Source: an uncultured delta proteobacterium (lineage in GTDB: Bacteria; Myxococcota; Kuafuiibacteriia; Kuafuiibacteriales; Kuafuiibacteriaceae). From it: DNA of 64,000 bases. Shown in pieces: positions 1 through 10,132 of this stretch. The position numbers and the translations under genes were made by a program. The notes under the pieces were generated by a model. It had not been told where the DNA came from. It searched no databases and was given only the letters and a program-made list of their open reading frames with translations. Position 1 is the stretch's first letter; each line of letters opens with the position of its first letter. The stretch is from the NCBI GenBank assembly GCA_963803435.1, contig CAWDML010000003.1, positions 960,001-1,024,000 on the forward strand, given 5' to 3'.

Positions 1-623
1 GGAACGTGGCGGCGTCCGGCGGCTTCTGGGCCTCACTCGGCGCCGACTGGGTGTTCGCATCTCCCGGGACGATCACCGGCTCGATCGGCGTGATCACCCA
101 GCTCCCGGATCTCAGGGGCATCGCCGACATGATCCACTTCCGCATGCGCACCTTCAAGTCGGGTCCGCTCAAGGACGCCGGCAACCCGTTCCGCGAGATG
201 ACACCGGCCGACGAGGCGCTCTTCAAGTCGCTGATCGACGACATCTACGATCAGTTCGTCACGCTGACCGCTGAGCGCCGCCACCTGAACGTGGAGGACG
301 TGAAGAGCATCGCCGACGGCCGCGTCATGACGGGACGCGCCGCGCTCGAGGTGGGTCTGATCGACGAGCTCGGCGGTCTTCACGAGGCCGCCCGCAAGGC
401 CCTGGTCATGTCGAAGATCCGCAAGGCGGCCGCCGAGGGCGAGACCAAGACCTCCAGCGCCGCCTACCAAGATCTCGAGGATCCGACCCTCATCTATCCG
501 AAGAAGGATCGGCCCGGGCTCCTCGATCTCCTCACCGCGAGCGTCAGCGAGGGGGTGTCGCGGGGCGTCTCCAGCGCGGTCGAGCGGATCTCGGAGGATC
601 GCGATCCGGTCGAGCTCCGATGA
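1..623 (+). CDS. sppA: Signal peptide peptidase SppA (protease IV), 5'-truncated by window edge
   Basis: AASGG(F)W, TITGSIGVI, FKSGPLKD, IADGRVMTG, GLIDELG motifs of S49 peptidases. Confidence 0.92.
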   Translation, partial: NVAASGGFWASLGADWVFASPGTITGSIGVITQLPDLRGIADMIHFRMRTFKSGPLKDAGNPFREMTPADEALFKSLIDDIYDQFVTLTAERRHLNVEDVKSIADGRVMTGRAALEVGLIDELGGLHEAARKALVMSKIRKAAAEGETKTSSAAYQDLEDPTLIYPKKDRPGLLDLLTASVSEGVSRGVSSAVERISEDRDPVELR

Positions 624-1620
624 TCCGTCCACTCTTCGCAAGCTGCCTTGCCTTGCTGGCGGCCTCGCCCGCGCTCGCCGCCGAGGTGCGCGTGGGCGTC
701 GTACCCGCGGTCGGATTCGAGCCGCCCCGAGGCGCGCGCGCTGGCCACCCAGACGCTGCTCGACGCGCTGGCCTCCGTCCGCGGCCTGCGCGTGATCTCC
801 TTCGGGAGCATCGACGCCGTCCTGGGCCCCGCCGCCAAGCGCGCCCTCGAGGCGTGCACCGACGATCGCTGCCTGGTCGCGGCCACAGCCGGGATCACCA
901 CCGATCGCCTGGCGGTCGCCAGCCTGGACGACGAGGGATCGCGCCGGGTCCTGCGCCTGCGCCTGGTGAAGAGCTCGAGCACCGCCGACGTGATCGCGCG
1001 CGTGACCCGGGACGTCGCGGACGGCGAGAACGCGCTCCGCACCGCCGTCGCGCAGTCCGCGCTCGAGCTGTTCCCCGAGCAGGCGAAGCAGAGCCTCGGC
1101 GTCCTCGAGATCAGCGGGGCCACGCCCGGCGCACGGATCGTCGTAGACGGACGCATGTCCACCTCGGTCCCGCTCGACGCGACCGATCCCGACGCGCCCG
1201 CGGTGCTCCGACTGAGCCCGGGCGTCCATCAGATCAAGGTCAGCGCGCCGGGTCGCTTCCCGGCCTCGGAGCAGGCCGAGGTGCTCGCCGGCCAGCGGAC
1301 CCGGCTCCAGGTCGATCTCACGAAGAACCGCAGCAGCGGTCCAGCTGATCCTCGGCGGCGTCGGCGTGGCGGCGGGCGTCGCCGGCATCATCCTGGGCGC
1401 GGTGGTGAAGAACAAGGCGAACCGGTGGAGCGACGCCTGCCCGGGCGGCATGCCCTGCGCCGCCGGCTTCACGCGCGATCGCTACGACGACGACATGCAG
1501 GCGATCGATCAGGGTCGGACCGTCGCCAACGTGCTCTACGGGGTCGCGGGCGCGGCCGCGCTCGGAGCCGTGATCTGGTTCTTCGCGGATCCCGGAAGCG
1601 ATCCGGAGGTGGGTCCATGA
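620..1620 (+). CDS. Secreted PEGA-domain protein with C-terminal hydrophobic hairpin; split by two apparent frameshifts (~717, ~1344)
   Basis: Signal peptide in ORF 620; body GARIVVDG...LSPGVHQIKVSAPG in frame of ORF 648; C-terminal GVAGIILG...LYGVAGAAALGAVIWFF in ORF 1366. Confidence 0.75.
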
Positions 1621-2609
1621 GATCGGCGGGCTGTCTGGCGGTCCTCCTCTTCGGGTGCACCACCGGAATCCCGGAGATCGCGCCCGAGCAGTTCGCGTGC
1701 GAGGGCGACGCGCCGCTCGCGTCGGGCGAGCTCCCCTGTCCCGAATCGCACTGGTGCGATCAGGGCGTCTGCAAGTCCCGCCTCGGCTGCACCGAGGCCG
1801 GAAGCTCGCGCCCCGGTTGCGATCGCGCGGCCCAGCGCCGCTGCGATCCCGTCCTCAACGCGATGACCTCTGCCGTGACCTGTCTCGGCGGCAACCAGAC
1901 GATCACCAGCACCGCTCCCCGGGACGACACCTGCGCCTGCCCCTCGCAGGGCCCTGCCGGCACCCCGCTGTTCTGTGCGCACATCCCCGCGGGACCGTCG
2001 ACCGAGTATCCGCTCTTCCTCACCGAGCCCGGCCAGCCCCTCGCGAGCGGTCAGTTCGGGATCACCGAGGATCGCCCCGAGTTTCGCTGGTGCGTGCGCG
2101 CCTGCTCGAACGAGATCGATTGCCCGGCCGACCACACGTGCCGGCCCGCGCCCGTGGTGACCGACGACCTGCGGGCCTCGCCGTCGAGCCGGCACACGAT
2201 CGGCGTCTGCTATCCAAACTTCCTGACCGCCACCTCGAGCTCGGTTCACCTCGAGCAGCCCGACCCGGACGCGTGCCTCTCGAACAGCGACTGCCCGAGC
2301 ATCTGTCAGTGGAACGTGGAGAGCGTCGCCGACCATCCGGTCCTGCCGATCGGTGAGTCGTGGGCGGGCCGGAAGGCGGTGGTGGCCCGCTGTGTCCCGC
2401 CGACGGGCTCGCTCGCGGATCCGGGCCGCGGGTGCACGCGCGACGCCGAGTGCAAGAACGGCCTCTGCGAGGGCGGGAAGTGCCAGCGTCCCTGCAACCC
2501 GGGTTATGACAGCGCGTGCGACAACTGCCTCTCGATCCAGGTCTCGCGCACGATCACGGGCCAGAGCGGCGAGGTGATCGACGCCGTTCACGTCTGCGAA
2601 ACCCCCTGA
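1617..2609 (+). CDS. Cysteine-rich lipoprotein
   Basis: ATGA overlap with upstream stop; MRSAGCLAVLLFGC lipobox; many Cys (CSNEIDCPADHTC, CTRDAECKNGLC). Confidence 0.8.
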   Translation: MRSAGCLAVLLFGCTTGIPEIAPEQFACEGDAPLASGELPCPESHWCDQGVCKSRLGCTEAGSSRPGCDRAAQRRCDPVLNAMTSAVTCLGGNQTITSTAPRDDTCACPSQGPAGTPLFCAHIPAGPSTEYPLFLTEPGQPLASGQFGITEDRPEFRWCVRACSNEIDCPADHTCRPAPVVTDDLRASPSSRHTIGVCYPNFLTATSSSVHLEQPDPDACLSNSDCPSICQWNVESVADHPVLPIGESWAGRKAVVARCVPPTGSLADPGRGCTRDAECKNGLCEGGKCQRPCNPGYDSACDNCLSIQVSRTITGQSGEVIDAVHVCETP

Positions 2610-2647
2610 GGGTGGCGCGTTTGGCGGCAGGCCCGTACGATGCCGGG

Positions 2648-4468
2648 GTGTCCCCGCCCCGGCGCCGCGGAAAGCTGACGTTCGCGGACCTGCTCGACTT
2701 GCTGCAGGACGCGTCCGCGATCGACGAGGTCACCAAGCGCGACCTACTCTCTCGAGAGGACACGCTCCGCGCCAGGTTCCTGCGGGCCAAGTTCGGCTCG
2801 GCCGGCCTCTCGCGGAAGGACTACCACGTCTCGGCGACCGAGCTGGTCGATACCGCCAAGCTCCCGCACCCCGACGCGCCGGGCCGCTCCATCGACGAGG
2901 ACATCCTGGCCCGCCTGCTCGCGCAGGCCTGGGACCTCAAGTACAAGAAGATCGATCCGCTCGCGCTCGACCGCCGCCTGATCACCAAGGTGCTCCCCCG
3001 CGGCTTCGCGCGCCGCCACGTGATGCTGCCGATCGCGGAGGAGGGCGATAAGCTGATCGTGGCGATCGCCGACCCGGGCGACACCCACGCGCTCGAGGAG
3101 TTCTCGCGGGCGACCGGTCGTCCCGTGGAGGCGGTCGTCTCCGCGAAGAAGGACATCGTCAACATCATGTCCGAGGTGCACGGCTTCCACCGTGCGGTGG
3201 CCGGCGCCTCGCTCGACGCCAGCGCGAAGTCGAGCATCCAGAACCTCGAAGGCCTGGTCCGGGTCCGGGCCAACGAGGAGATCGATCCCGAAGACCAGAA
3301 CATCGTCGCGGCGGTCGAGTATCTCCTCAACAACGCGTTCGACAACCGGGCCAGCGACATCCACATCGAGCCCAAGCGCGACGTCTCCAAGCTCCGGCTC
3401 CGCATCGACGGGATCCTGCACGACGTCGGCGAGATCCCGGCGGCGGTGCATCCCGCCTTCATCGCCCGCATCAAGATCCTGGCGCGCATGGACATCGCCG
3501 AGAAGCGCCGCCCGCAGGACGGCCGCATCAAGACCCAGCGCGGTGAAGGCGAGATCGAGCTCCGCGTCTCCTCGCTGCCGGTCGCGTTCGGCGAGAAGGT
3601 CGTCATCCGAATCTTCGATCCCCAGGTGCTGCTGGCGGAGATCGTCGATCTCGGGTTCACGCAGAAGGAGCGCGAGCTCTACGAGGACTGGATCAACCGT
3701 CCCAACGGCCTGGTCCTGGTCACCGGACCCACCGGCAGCGGCAAGACGACCACGCTCTACTCCACGCTCAAGTATCTGGCGCGGCCCGGCGTCAACGTGG
3801 TCACCGTCGAGGATCCGATCGAGATGGTCTTCGAGCCGCTCAATCAGGTGGCGGTCCAGCAGAAGATCGACGTCACCTTCGCGTCGGCGCTCCGCACCAT
3901 CCTGCGGCAGGATCCCGACGTCGTGATGGTGGGCGAGATCCGCGACAAGGAGACCGCGGTGATGACGGTCCAGGCCGCGCTGACCGGACACCTCGTGTTC
4001 TCGACGCTGCACACGAACGACACCTCCACCTCCGTGTCCCGCATGATCGATCTGGGTGTGGAGCCCTTCCTCCTCGGTTCCACGATGACCGGCGTGCTGG
4101 CGCAGCGGTTGGTCCGGAAGGTCTGCAGCGACTGTGCAGAGCAGCGCTTCCTCAGCGAGGAGCAGATCCACGCGCTCGGGATCCCGGTCGAGCCCGGGGA
4201 GAAGCGGCGCCTCCCGGTGAAGGAGGGCGGCGGGTGCGTGCGATGTCGCCACACCGGACTGTTCGGGCGGACCGGAATCTTCGAGATGCTCGACGTCAGC
4301 CCCAAGATCCGGAAGATGGTGGCCGAGCAGCGGGACTCCAAGGAGATCGCGAAGGCCGCCGAGCTCGATGGCATGGTCTCCCTGCGAAAGGCCGCGATCC
4401 GCAAGCTTGCCCAGGGTTTGACGACGTACGAGGAAGTGTTCCGCGTAACCGCAGAGACCGATCTGTAA
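2648..4468 (+). CDS. GspE/PilB family secretion/pilus assembly ATPase
   Basis: MshEN-like N-terminus, ASDIHIEP, Walker A GPTGSGKTT, LRQDPDVVMVGEIRD, GHLVFSTLHTND, zinc motifs CSDC/CVRC; start uncertain. Confidence 0.93.
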   Translation: MSPPRRRGKLTFADLLDLLQDASAIDEVTKRDLLSREDTLRARFLRAKFGSAGLSRKDYHVSATELVDTAKLPHPDAPGRSIDEDILARLLAQAWDLKYKKIDPLALDRRLITKVLPRGFARRHVMLPIAEEGDKLIVAIADPGDTHALEEFSRATGRPVEAVVSAKKDIVNIMSEVHGFHRAVAGASLDASAKSSIQNLEGLVRVRANEEIDPEDQNIVAAVEYLLNNAFDNRASDIHIEPKRDVSKLRLRIDGILHDVGEIPAAVHPAFIARIKILARMDIAEKRRPQDGRIKTQRGEGEIELRVSSLPVAFGEKVVIRIFDPQVLLAEIVDLGFTQKERELYEDWINRPNGLVLVTGPTGSGKTTTLYSTLKYLARPGVNVVTVEDPIEMVFEPLNQVAVQQKIDVTFASALRTILRQDPDVVMVGEIRDKETAVMTVQAALTGHLVFSTLHTNDTSTSVSRMIDLGVEPFLLGSTMTGVLAQRLVRKVCSDCAEQRFLSEEQIHALGIPVEPGEKRRLPVKEGGGCVRCRHTGLFGRTGIFEMLDVSPKIRKMVAEQRDSKEIAKAAELDGMVSLRKAAIRKLAQGLTTYEEVFRVTAETDL

Positions 4469-4559
4469 TCCCAGGTGGTCGTCGTGGCGGCAGTCACGGA
4501 CGTGCAACCTTGGCAGAGATGGTCTAGAACACGGGTCTCACGGAGGAAAGGTTCCAAAC

Positions 4560-5615
4560 ATGATGAGAAAGCTGGCTTATGCCCTCCCGGCAACTCTCTC
4601 GTTCGCGCTGATCGCCTGTGGCGGCGGCCCGAACCTCGACCAGGTCAAGGCTGATTTCCAAAACCCGACGGGATCCGTCCAGAACAAGGACGCGATGGTC
4701 GCTTCCAGCGGAAGCTTGAACGCATCCGGCGGCGCGATCGAGGTGGCGGGCGGCGGCGTTCCGGGCGCCTCGCTCACTGCGACCGGCAAGGTGGCGGGGC
4801 TGCGTCAGCTCAACGTCCAGAGAGCGTGGGAAGGCCGTGCGCGCACGGTCCGCGATTACCTCAACGGCAAAGCCACCGCGAAGCAGGCCCTCTCCGAGGC
4901 CCAGACGGGCTTCGGCTGCGACGACAGCGCCGAGGCCCAGGAGGCGTTCCAGAAGGCGCTCAACGATCTCACCGCCGACGCCGTCAACCCGTTCGGCAGC
5001 GGCAAGAAGATCTCCGGCAAGGCCAGCTACAAGCTCGATCTCACGAGCTGCAGCAACGGCGAGCTGTCGGGCTCGGCCAGCATCGAGATCGAGATCGTCG
5101 CGGAGCAGACCGGGGCGAACTCGGGGCGCTTCGCCTTCACCGTGAAGTACAACCTCAACAACGTCTGCGAGCTGAACACCGAAGAGAAGACCTGCGTCGA
5201 CGGCAGCCTCATCGCCGAGGCGGAAGCGGTCGGCCAGGACGAGTTCGGCAGCCTCACCTTCACCGAGGCGTGGGAGCTCGACGGCAACTGGCTCGAGAGC
5301 GGCGTCGAGCGCAACGCCACGCTGAAGGGCGGGATCCGCTCGGCCTTCGAGGGTGACGGCAACAGCGGCAACGCGAGCATCGAGATCCTGAACTACGTCA
5401 ACACGCCGGACGGCGAGTGGTCCTACGTCTGGTCCGTGAAGGCCTCCTACGACGGCCTCAACGGCACTGGCACCTTCGAGGTCCGCGGTCAGGACGGCAG
5501 CGTCACCTGCACGGTCGACGACAACGGCGGCATGTGCAGCGGCAGCGACGGCAGCTCCATCAGCTGGACCGCCGAGGACGAGCAGGGCCTCGACGACTCG
5601 TGGTTCGGGGGCTGA
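4560..5615 (+). CDS. Hypothetical beta-rich lipoprotein
   Basis: GGAGG RBS, lipobox ALIAC-GGG, genome-typical codon usage. Confidence 0.8.
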   Translation: MMRKLAYALPATLSFALIACGGGPNLDQVKADFQNPTGSVQNKDAMVASSGSLNASGGAIEVAGGGVPGASLTATGKVAGLRQLNVQRAWEGRARTVRDYLNGKATAKQALSEAQTGFGCDDSAEAQEAFQKALNDLTADAVNPFGSGKKISGKASYKLDLTSCSNGELSGSASIEIEIVAEQTGANSGRFAFTVKYNLNNVCELNTEEKTCVDGSLIAEAEAVGQDEFGSLTFTEAWELDGNWLESGVERNATLKGGIRSAFEGDGNSGNASIEILNYVNTPDGEWSYVWSVKASYDGLNGTGTFEVRGQDGSVTCTVDDNGGMCSGSDGSSISWTAEDEQGLDDSWFGG

Positions 5616-5679
5616 TTACGGCTCGGTAACGCGGTTCCCCGTTCGGTGACGCGCGGGGACACCGCAAAGTCGACACGGT

Positions 5680-5695
5680 TGGCGCCCAGGTTGCT
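5680..5695 (+). promoter_or_regulatory. Candidate sigma-54 promoter of cytochrome operon
   Basis: TGGCGCCCAGGTTGCT = GG-N10-GC; overlaps inverted repeat GCGCCCAGGT...ACCTGGGCGT. Confidence 0.5.
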
Positions 5696-5711
5696 TACGC
5701 ACCTGGGCGTC

Positions 5712-7901
5712 ATGCTTTCTGGGCGCCCGTTTCTCCCATTCATCCTCGCGGCTTCGCTCACACCGCTCGCCTGTGTGAGCGAGGACGGCGCCCCCGGCCC
5801 ACAGGGCGATCCCGGTGCCCGCGGTCCGGTCGGTCAGCCCGGGACACCCGGCGACCCTGGCACGCCGGGCGACCCGGGAACACCCGGCACCCCCGGAAAG
5901 GACGGCCAAACCTACACGCCGGCGGGACCGGGGCTGACCCTCGACCTCCAGGCGGCGTCGGTCGACACCGGGACCGTCAGCGTCCTCTTCTCGGTCCGAT
6001 TGGACGACGGCGTCCCGCTCGACCTCGCCGGTCGCTTCACCCCCGGGCCGGTGACCGCGCGCTTCGTCCTGTCGCGGCAGGAGGCGGATCGCTTCGTGGC
6101 GCTGACCGCGCGCTCGGTCACGAGCACGATCACGGGCGTCACCGCGATCCAGCCGACGACGGACTCGAGCGCGCTGTTCGACGCGGTGGAGCCGGGCGTC
6201 TACCGCTTCACGTTCAACACCGCGGTCCCGAGTGCCGACACCAACTCGACCTTGACCATCGCTGCGTACGCCACTCGAGCGCTCGACGGCGAAACCTACG
6301 TCGCCAATGCCGAGCTGGACTTCCACCCGGACGGCAGCCCGGCCGAGTACACCCGTGAGGTCGTCACCGACGCGGCTTGCGCCACCTGCCACGACGATCT
6401 CTCCGCACACGGCGGCGATCGCAAGGACGTCCGCCTCTGCCAGAGCTGCCACACGCAGGGCACGATCGATCCCGACACCGGCAACAGCGTCGAGCTCGCC
6501 GTCATGATCCACCGGATCCATCGAGGGGCTTCGCTCCCGAGCGTGGTCGCCGGTGGGCGCTACCGGATCATCGGCTACCGCGGCTCGGTCCACGACTTCT
6601 CCACGGTGCGGTTCCCTCAGGAGATCGAGCGCTGCCAGGTCTGCCACCAGGGCGCCCAGTCCGATCGCGCGTTCACCACGCCAACGCGCGCGCTCTGCAC
6701 CACCTGCCACGACGACATCAGCTTCGAGAGTCCGCCGCCCGCCGGCATGACGCTCCATCGCGGCGGCCCCCACAGCGACGACGTCACCTGCCGCTCCTGC
6801 CACGTCCCGAGCGGCGACGGCGTCTCCCCGATCCTCGAGCGACACCAGACGCCGCTGATCGATCCGGCCAGCCCGAAGCTCGCGCTCGAGATCATGGACG
6901 TCCGCAGCTCCGGACCCGGCCAGGTCCCCGAGGTCGACTTCCGCGTCACGCTCGACGGCGCCGGCCTCGACCTCGAGAGCGCACCGCTCGGCTCGCTGCG
7001 GATGACCGTGGCCGGGCCGAACCCGGACTTCGCCACGTTTCGCCAGGTGACCGTTCAGGGCGGCGGCGCCGCCGGCACGCTGATCCCGATCGACGCGTCC
7101 GAAGGTGAGTTCACGTATCAGTTCCCGACCACCAGCCCGATGGCGGCCGACGCGACCGGGAGCTGGACGCTCGGGATGGAGGGCTATCTGGCCGGCGCCG
7201 TGCGGTTCGCCGCGGTCTCACCGATCCGCGCGTTCGCGGTGACCGACGCGCAGCCGATCGCGAGGCGCAGCGTGGTCAGCCGCGACAAGTGCAACGCCTG
7301 TCATCGCGAGCTGAGCGAGCACGGCGGTGGCCGCACCAACGTCGCCTACTGCGGGCTCTGCCACAACCCGAACAATCTGAACGACGAGCGCGCGCCGCGC
7401 CGCGAGGGCACCACCACCCGCGTACCGAGCGTCGATCTCAAGCGCATGATCCACCGGATCCACGCGGGCGAGTCGCTGGCGCAGGGCTACGTGCTCGGAG
7501 GCTTCCCGGCGCCGAGCGCGGCGAACCCGGACGGCACCCCGACGAACTTCGGCGAGACGCGCTACCCTGCGACCCTGTCGAACTGCGCGATGTGCCACCT
7601 CGACGGCACCGAGCGGCTCCCGCTCTCGCAAGACAACCTGCCGTCCCTCGAAGAGATCCGGACCTGCACCGAACCGCCCGGCGACGACGCGGACGCGTAT
7701 TGCAACGATCCGTACTGGACGATCGCCGAGACGATCGCGATCCCACCGGAGACCTCGGCCTGCACCGGCTGTCACGACTCGCCCGCCGCCGAGGCCCACG
7801 CGGCGGTGATGACCACCCCGGACGGCCGGGAGAGCTGCGCCGTCTGCCACGGCCCCGGGAGCGGCTACGACGTCGACGTCGTCCACGGGTTGGCGCAATG
7901 A
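5712..7901 (+). CDS. OmcA/MtrC-family decaheme outer-surface cytochrome c lipoprotein with collagen-like N-terminal repeat
   Basis: 10 CxxCH in two groups of 5 separated by a beta-domain; MIHRIH twice; lipobox PLAC; 13 Gly-X-Y triplets. Confidence 0.9.
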   Translation: MLSGRPFLPFILAASLTPLACVSEDGAPGPQGDPGARGPVGQPGTPGDPGTPGDPGTPGTPGKDGQTYTPAGPGLTLDLQAASVDTGTVSVLFSVRLDDGVPLDLAGRFTPGPVTARFVLSRQEADRFVALTARSVTSTITGVTAIQPTTDSSALFDAVEPGVYRFTFNTAVPSADTNSTLTIAAYATRALDGETYVANAELDFHPDGSPAEYTREVVTDAACATCHDDLSAHGGDRKDVRLCQSCHTQGTIDPDTGNSVELAVMIHRIHRGASLPSVVAGGRYRIIGYRGSVHDFSTVRFPQEIERCQVCHQGAQSDRAFTTPTRALCTTCHDDISFESPPPAGMTLHRGGPHSDDVTCRSCHVPSGDGVSPILERHQTPLIDPASPKLALEIMDVRSSGPGQVPEVDFRVTLDGAGLDLESAPLGSLRMTVAGPNPDFATFRQVTVQGGGAAGTLIPIDASEGEFTYQFPTTSPMAADATGSWTLGMEGYLAGAVRFAAVSPIRAFAVTDAQPIARRSVVSRDKCNACHRELSEHGGGRTNVAYCGLCHNPNNLNDERAPRREGTTTRVPSVDLKRMIHRIHAGESLAQGYVLGGFPAPSAANPDGTPTNFGETRYPATLSNCAMCHLDGTERLPLSQDNLPSLEEIRTCTEPPGDDADAYCNDPYWTIAETIAIPPETSACTGCHDSPAAEAHAAVMTTPDGRESCAVCHGPGSGYDVDVVHGLAQ

Positions 7902-9238
7902 AGAGACTCCTCACCACGATCGCCGTGATCACGGCGGTCGCCGGCTGCGAGAAGCTCCGCGGCCGGCCCTCCGAAGCCGAGTGCGTCACCTGGGACCATG
8001 ACGTGCGCGCGGTGCTCGAGGCGCGGTGCAGCACCTGCCACTCCGGCCCCGCTCCGGAGGCCGGGCTCGACTTCTCGACGTACCAGGCCACGATCCAGAC
8101 CGCGACCGCAGGGGACGAACGGTCCCGCATCCTCCAGAAGCTCCACCCCGAGCAGGCCGACGTCCTCCCGACCCTCGAGGCCTGGGTGGTCGACTGCCGC
8201 CTGGCCCTCCGCGACTCGGCGATCCACGCGCCGGGCCTCCAGAACCCGAGGGACCCCGACTTCCACGGCGCGCTCCTGGCGTCCCTCGACTACGACTTCG
8301 CGCTCTGCGCCAAGTGCCACGGCGAGCGCTTCGACGGCGGCGGCGCCCAAGCCTCGTGCCTGAGCTGCCACCCGAAGGGCCCGACCGACTGCAGCACCTG
8401 CCACCGCGCGCCCACGCCCGAGCACCGCGCCCATGCCCGGTTCGACTGCGCGCGCTGCCATCAGGTGCCCGGTCGCTGGGATGATCCGGGCCACCTCGAC
8501 GGCCCTCCCGCCGAGGTCCGCTTCGACGGCGCCGGCGCCACCGCGATGTTCGATCCGGCCGAGGCGCGCTGCACGGGCGTGACCTGCCACGGCGGCGGCT
8601 ACCAGGACAGCGCCGCCACCAACACGACGCCCACCTGGCACGCCGGCGAGGATCAGGCCGCCTGTGGCACCTGCCACGGGATCCCGCCGTCGAGCCACGC
8701 GAGCGATCAGTGCGAGAGCTGCCACCCGATCTCGAACCACATCGACGGCGTGGTGCAGCTCGGCCGCTCCGAGACCGGCTGCCGCGGCTGCCACGGGACG
8801 CCGGAAGCGCCCGCGCCCGACGACCGAGGTCATCGCTCGCACCTCGACCCGCAGCTCGGGCTGCGCGGGCCGATCGCCTGCGGCGACTGTCACCTGGTCC
8901 CCTCCGCGATCGACAGCCCCGGACACATCGACTCGGCGCCGCCCGCCGAGGTCTTCCCCAGCGGGATCGCGGCGGCCAGCCTCGCGTTCGCCCGCGGCGC
9001 CCAGCCGACCTGGGATCACGAGACCGCCACCTGCGCAGGCACCTACTGCCATGGACCCGCGACGCCGTCGTGGACCAGCGGCGAGACCTTCTGCGGCTCG
9101 TGTCACGGCATTCCGCCCCAGGACGCGAACCACGACCCCTCGCTGAAGCTCAGCGACTGCGCCAGCTGTCACCCGAGCTCGGTCGATCAGTACGGCAACC
9201 CAAGGAGCACGCACCTCGATGGACACGTCGACCTTTGA
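7898..9238 (+). CDS. Multiheme cytochrome c lipoprotein with CxxxxCH/CxxCH motifs (13 motifs)
   Basis: 11 CxxCH plus CTGVTCH and CAGTYCH, each followed by CGxCHG; lipobox VAGC; ATGA coupling. Confidence 0.88.
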   Translation: MKRLLTTIAVITAVAGCEKLRGRPSEAECVTWDHDVRAVLEARCSTCHSGPAPEAGLDFSTYQATIQTATAGDERSRILQKLHPEQADVLPTLEAWVVDCRLALRDSAIHAPGLQNPRDPDFHGALLASLDYDFALCAKCHGERFDGGGAQASCLSCHPKGPTDCSTCHRAPTPEHRAHARFDCARCHQVPGRWDDPGHLDGPPAEVRFDGAGATAMFDPAEARCTGVTCHGGGYQDSAATNTTPTWHAGEDQAACGTCHGIPPSSHASDQCESCHPISNHIDGVVQLGRSETGCRGCHGTPEAPAPDDRGHRSHLDPQLGLRGPIACGDCHLVPSAIDSPGHIDSAPPAEVFPSGIAAASLAFARGAQPTWDHETATCAGTYCHGPATPSWTSGETFCGSCHGIPPQDANHDPSLKLSDCASCHPSSVDQYGNPRSTHLDGHVDL

Positions 9239-9896
9239 AACGCCGCTGCTCCACATGCAGCACTTCATGGACCTCCTGGTCCTGGCCACGATCGTCTTCG
9301 CGATCTTCGCGCTCTCGATCGTCGGCTGGTACCTGGTCCGCCGCCCGCCGCTCAATCTTGCCACCAAGCTGGCGCTGCTCCTGGGCGTCTTCATCTTCCC
9401 GATCATGTCCGCGGGCAGCGGCAACGTGGTCGGGTTCGAGGCGACCAAGACGCGGAGCTTCTGCAGCGGTTGCCATGTCATGATCCCGTACACCGAGGAC
9501 GCCGCCAATCCGAACAGCCACTCGCTGGCGTCGATGCACTCGCGCAACGGCTCCTTCGGCGAGGAGAGCTGCTACACCTGCCACGCCGACTACTCGATGT
9601 TCGGGACCTTCCTCACCAAGGCCGACGGCATGAAGCACGCGTACCTGTATGTCGCCGAGTACCGGTCGATCTCGGCGGAGGACACGTTCGGGAAGATCCA
9701 GCTCTACTCGCCCTTCCGCAACGAAACCTGCATGCGATGTCACTCGACCACGCTCGAGGGCTTCAACGAGCTCGAGGATCACCGGGGCGCGATGGAGGAC
9801 ATCAAGAACGGCAAGGTGTCCTGCGTGAGCTCCGGTTGCCACGGCTACGCCCACCCCTTCAGCAAGAAGCAGAAGGAGCCGGAGGTCGCGCAATGA
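9219..9896 (+). CDS. NapC/NirT-family membrane-anchored tetraheme cytochrome c
   Basis: Two N-terminal TM segments; FCSGCHVM, CYTCH, CMRCH, CVSSGCH. Confidence 0.82.
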   Translation: MDTSTFETPLLHMQHFMDLLVLATIVFAIFALSIVGWYLVRRPPLNLATKLALLLGVFIFPIMSAGSGNVVGFEATKTRSFCSGCHVMIPYTEDAANPNSHSLASMHSRNGSFGEESCYTCHADYSMFGTFLTKADGMKHAYLYVAEYRSISAEDTFGKIQLYSPFRNETCMRCHSTTLEGFNELEDHRGAMEDIKNGKVSCVSSGCHGYAHPFSKKQKEPEVAQ

Positions 9897-10132
9897 CCGC
9901 CAAGACCTCCGAGCGGATCCTCCGGCTCTCCTGCCTGCTGACGATCCTCGGCCTCATCCTGTTCGTCTGGTCGGTGCTGGTCCCCACCGTCGTTCCGGTG
10001 ATGGTGGCGATGTCGATCGGACAGGTCATCGGGACGCTCGCGTTCGCCGGCTACCTGTACGTCATCGTCGGCGACCTGCGGCGGGCCAAGGTCCTCGACC
10101 TCGATCGGAAGAAGGGAGGGGAGGCGCGGTGA
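9893..10132 (+). CDS. Small two-TM membrane protein (79 aa)
   Basis: MTAKTSERILRLSCLLTILGLILFVWSVLVP...; coupled by ATGA/GTGA overlaps on both sides. Confidence 0.75.
   Translation: MTAKTSERILRLSCLLTILGLILFVWSVLVPTVVPVMVAMSIGQVIGTLAFAGYLYVIVGDLRRAKVLDLDRKKGGEAR

Noticed and set aside
648-2609. 653-aa PEGA/Cys-rich fusion ORF
   Set aside because: Created by frameshifts; a separate lipoprotein starts at 1617
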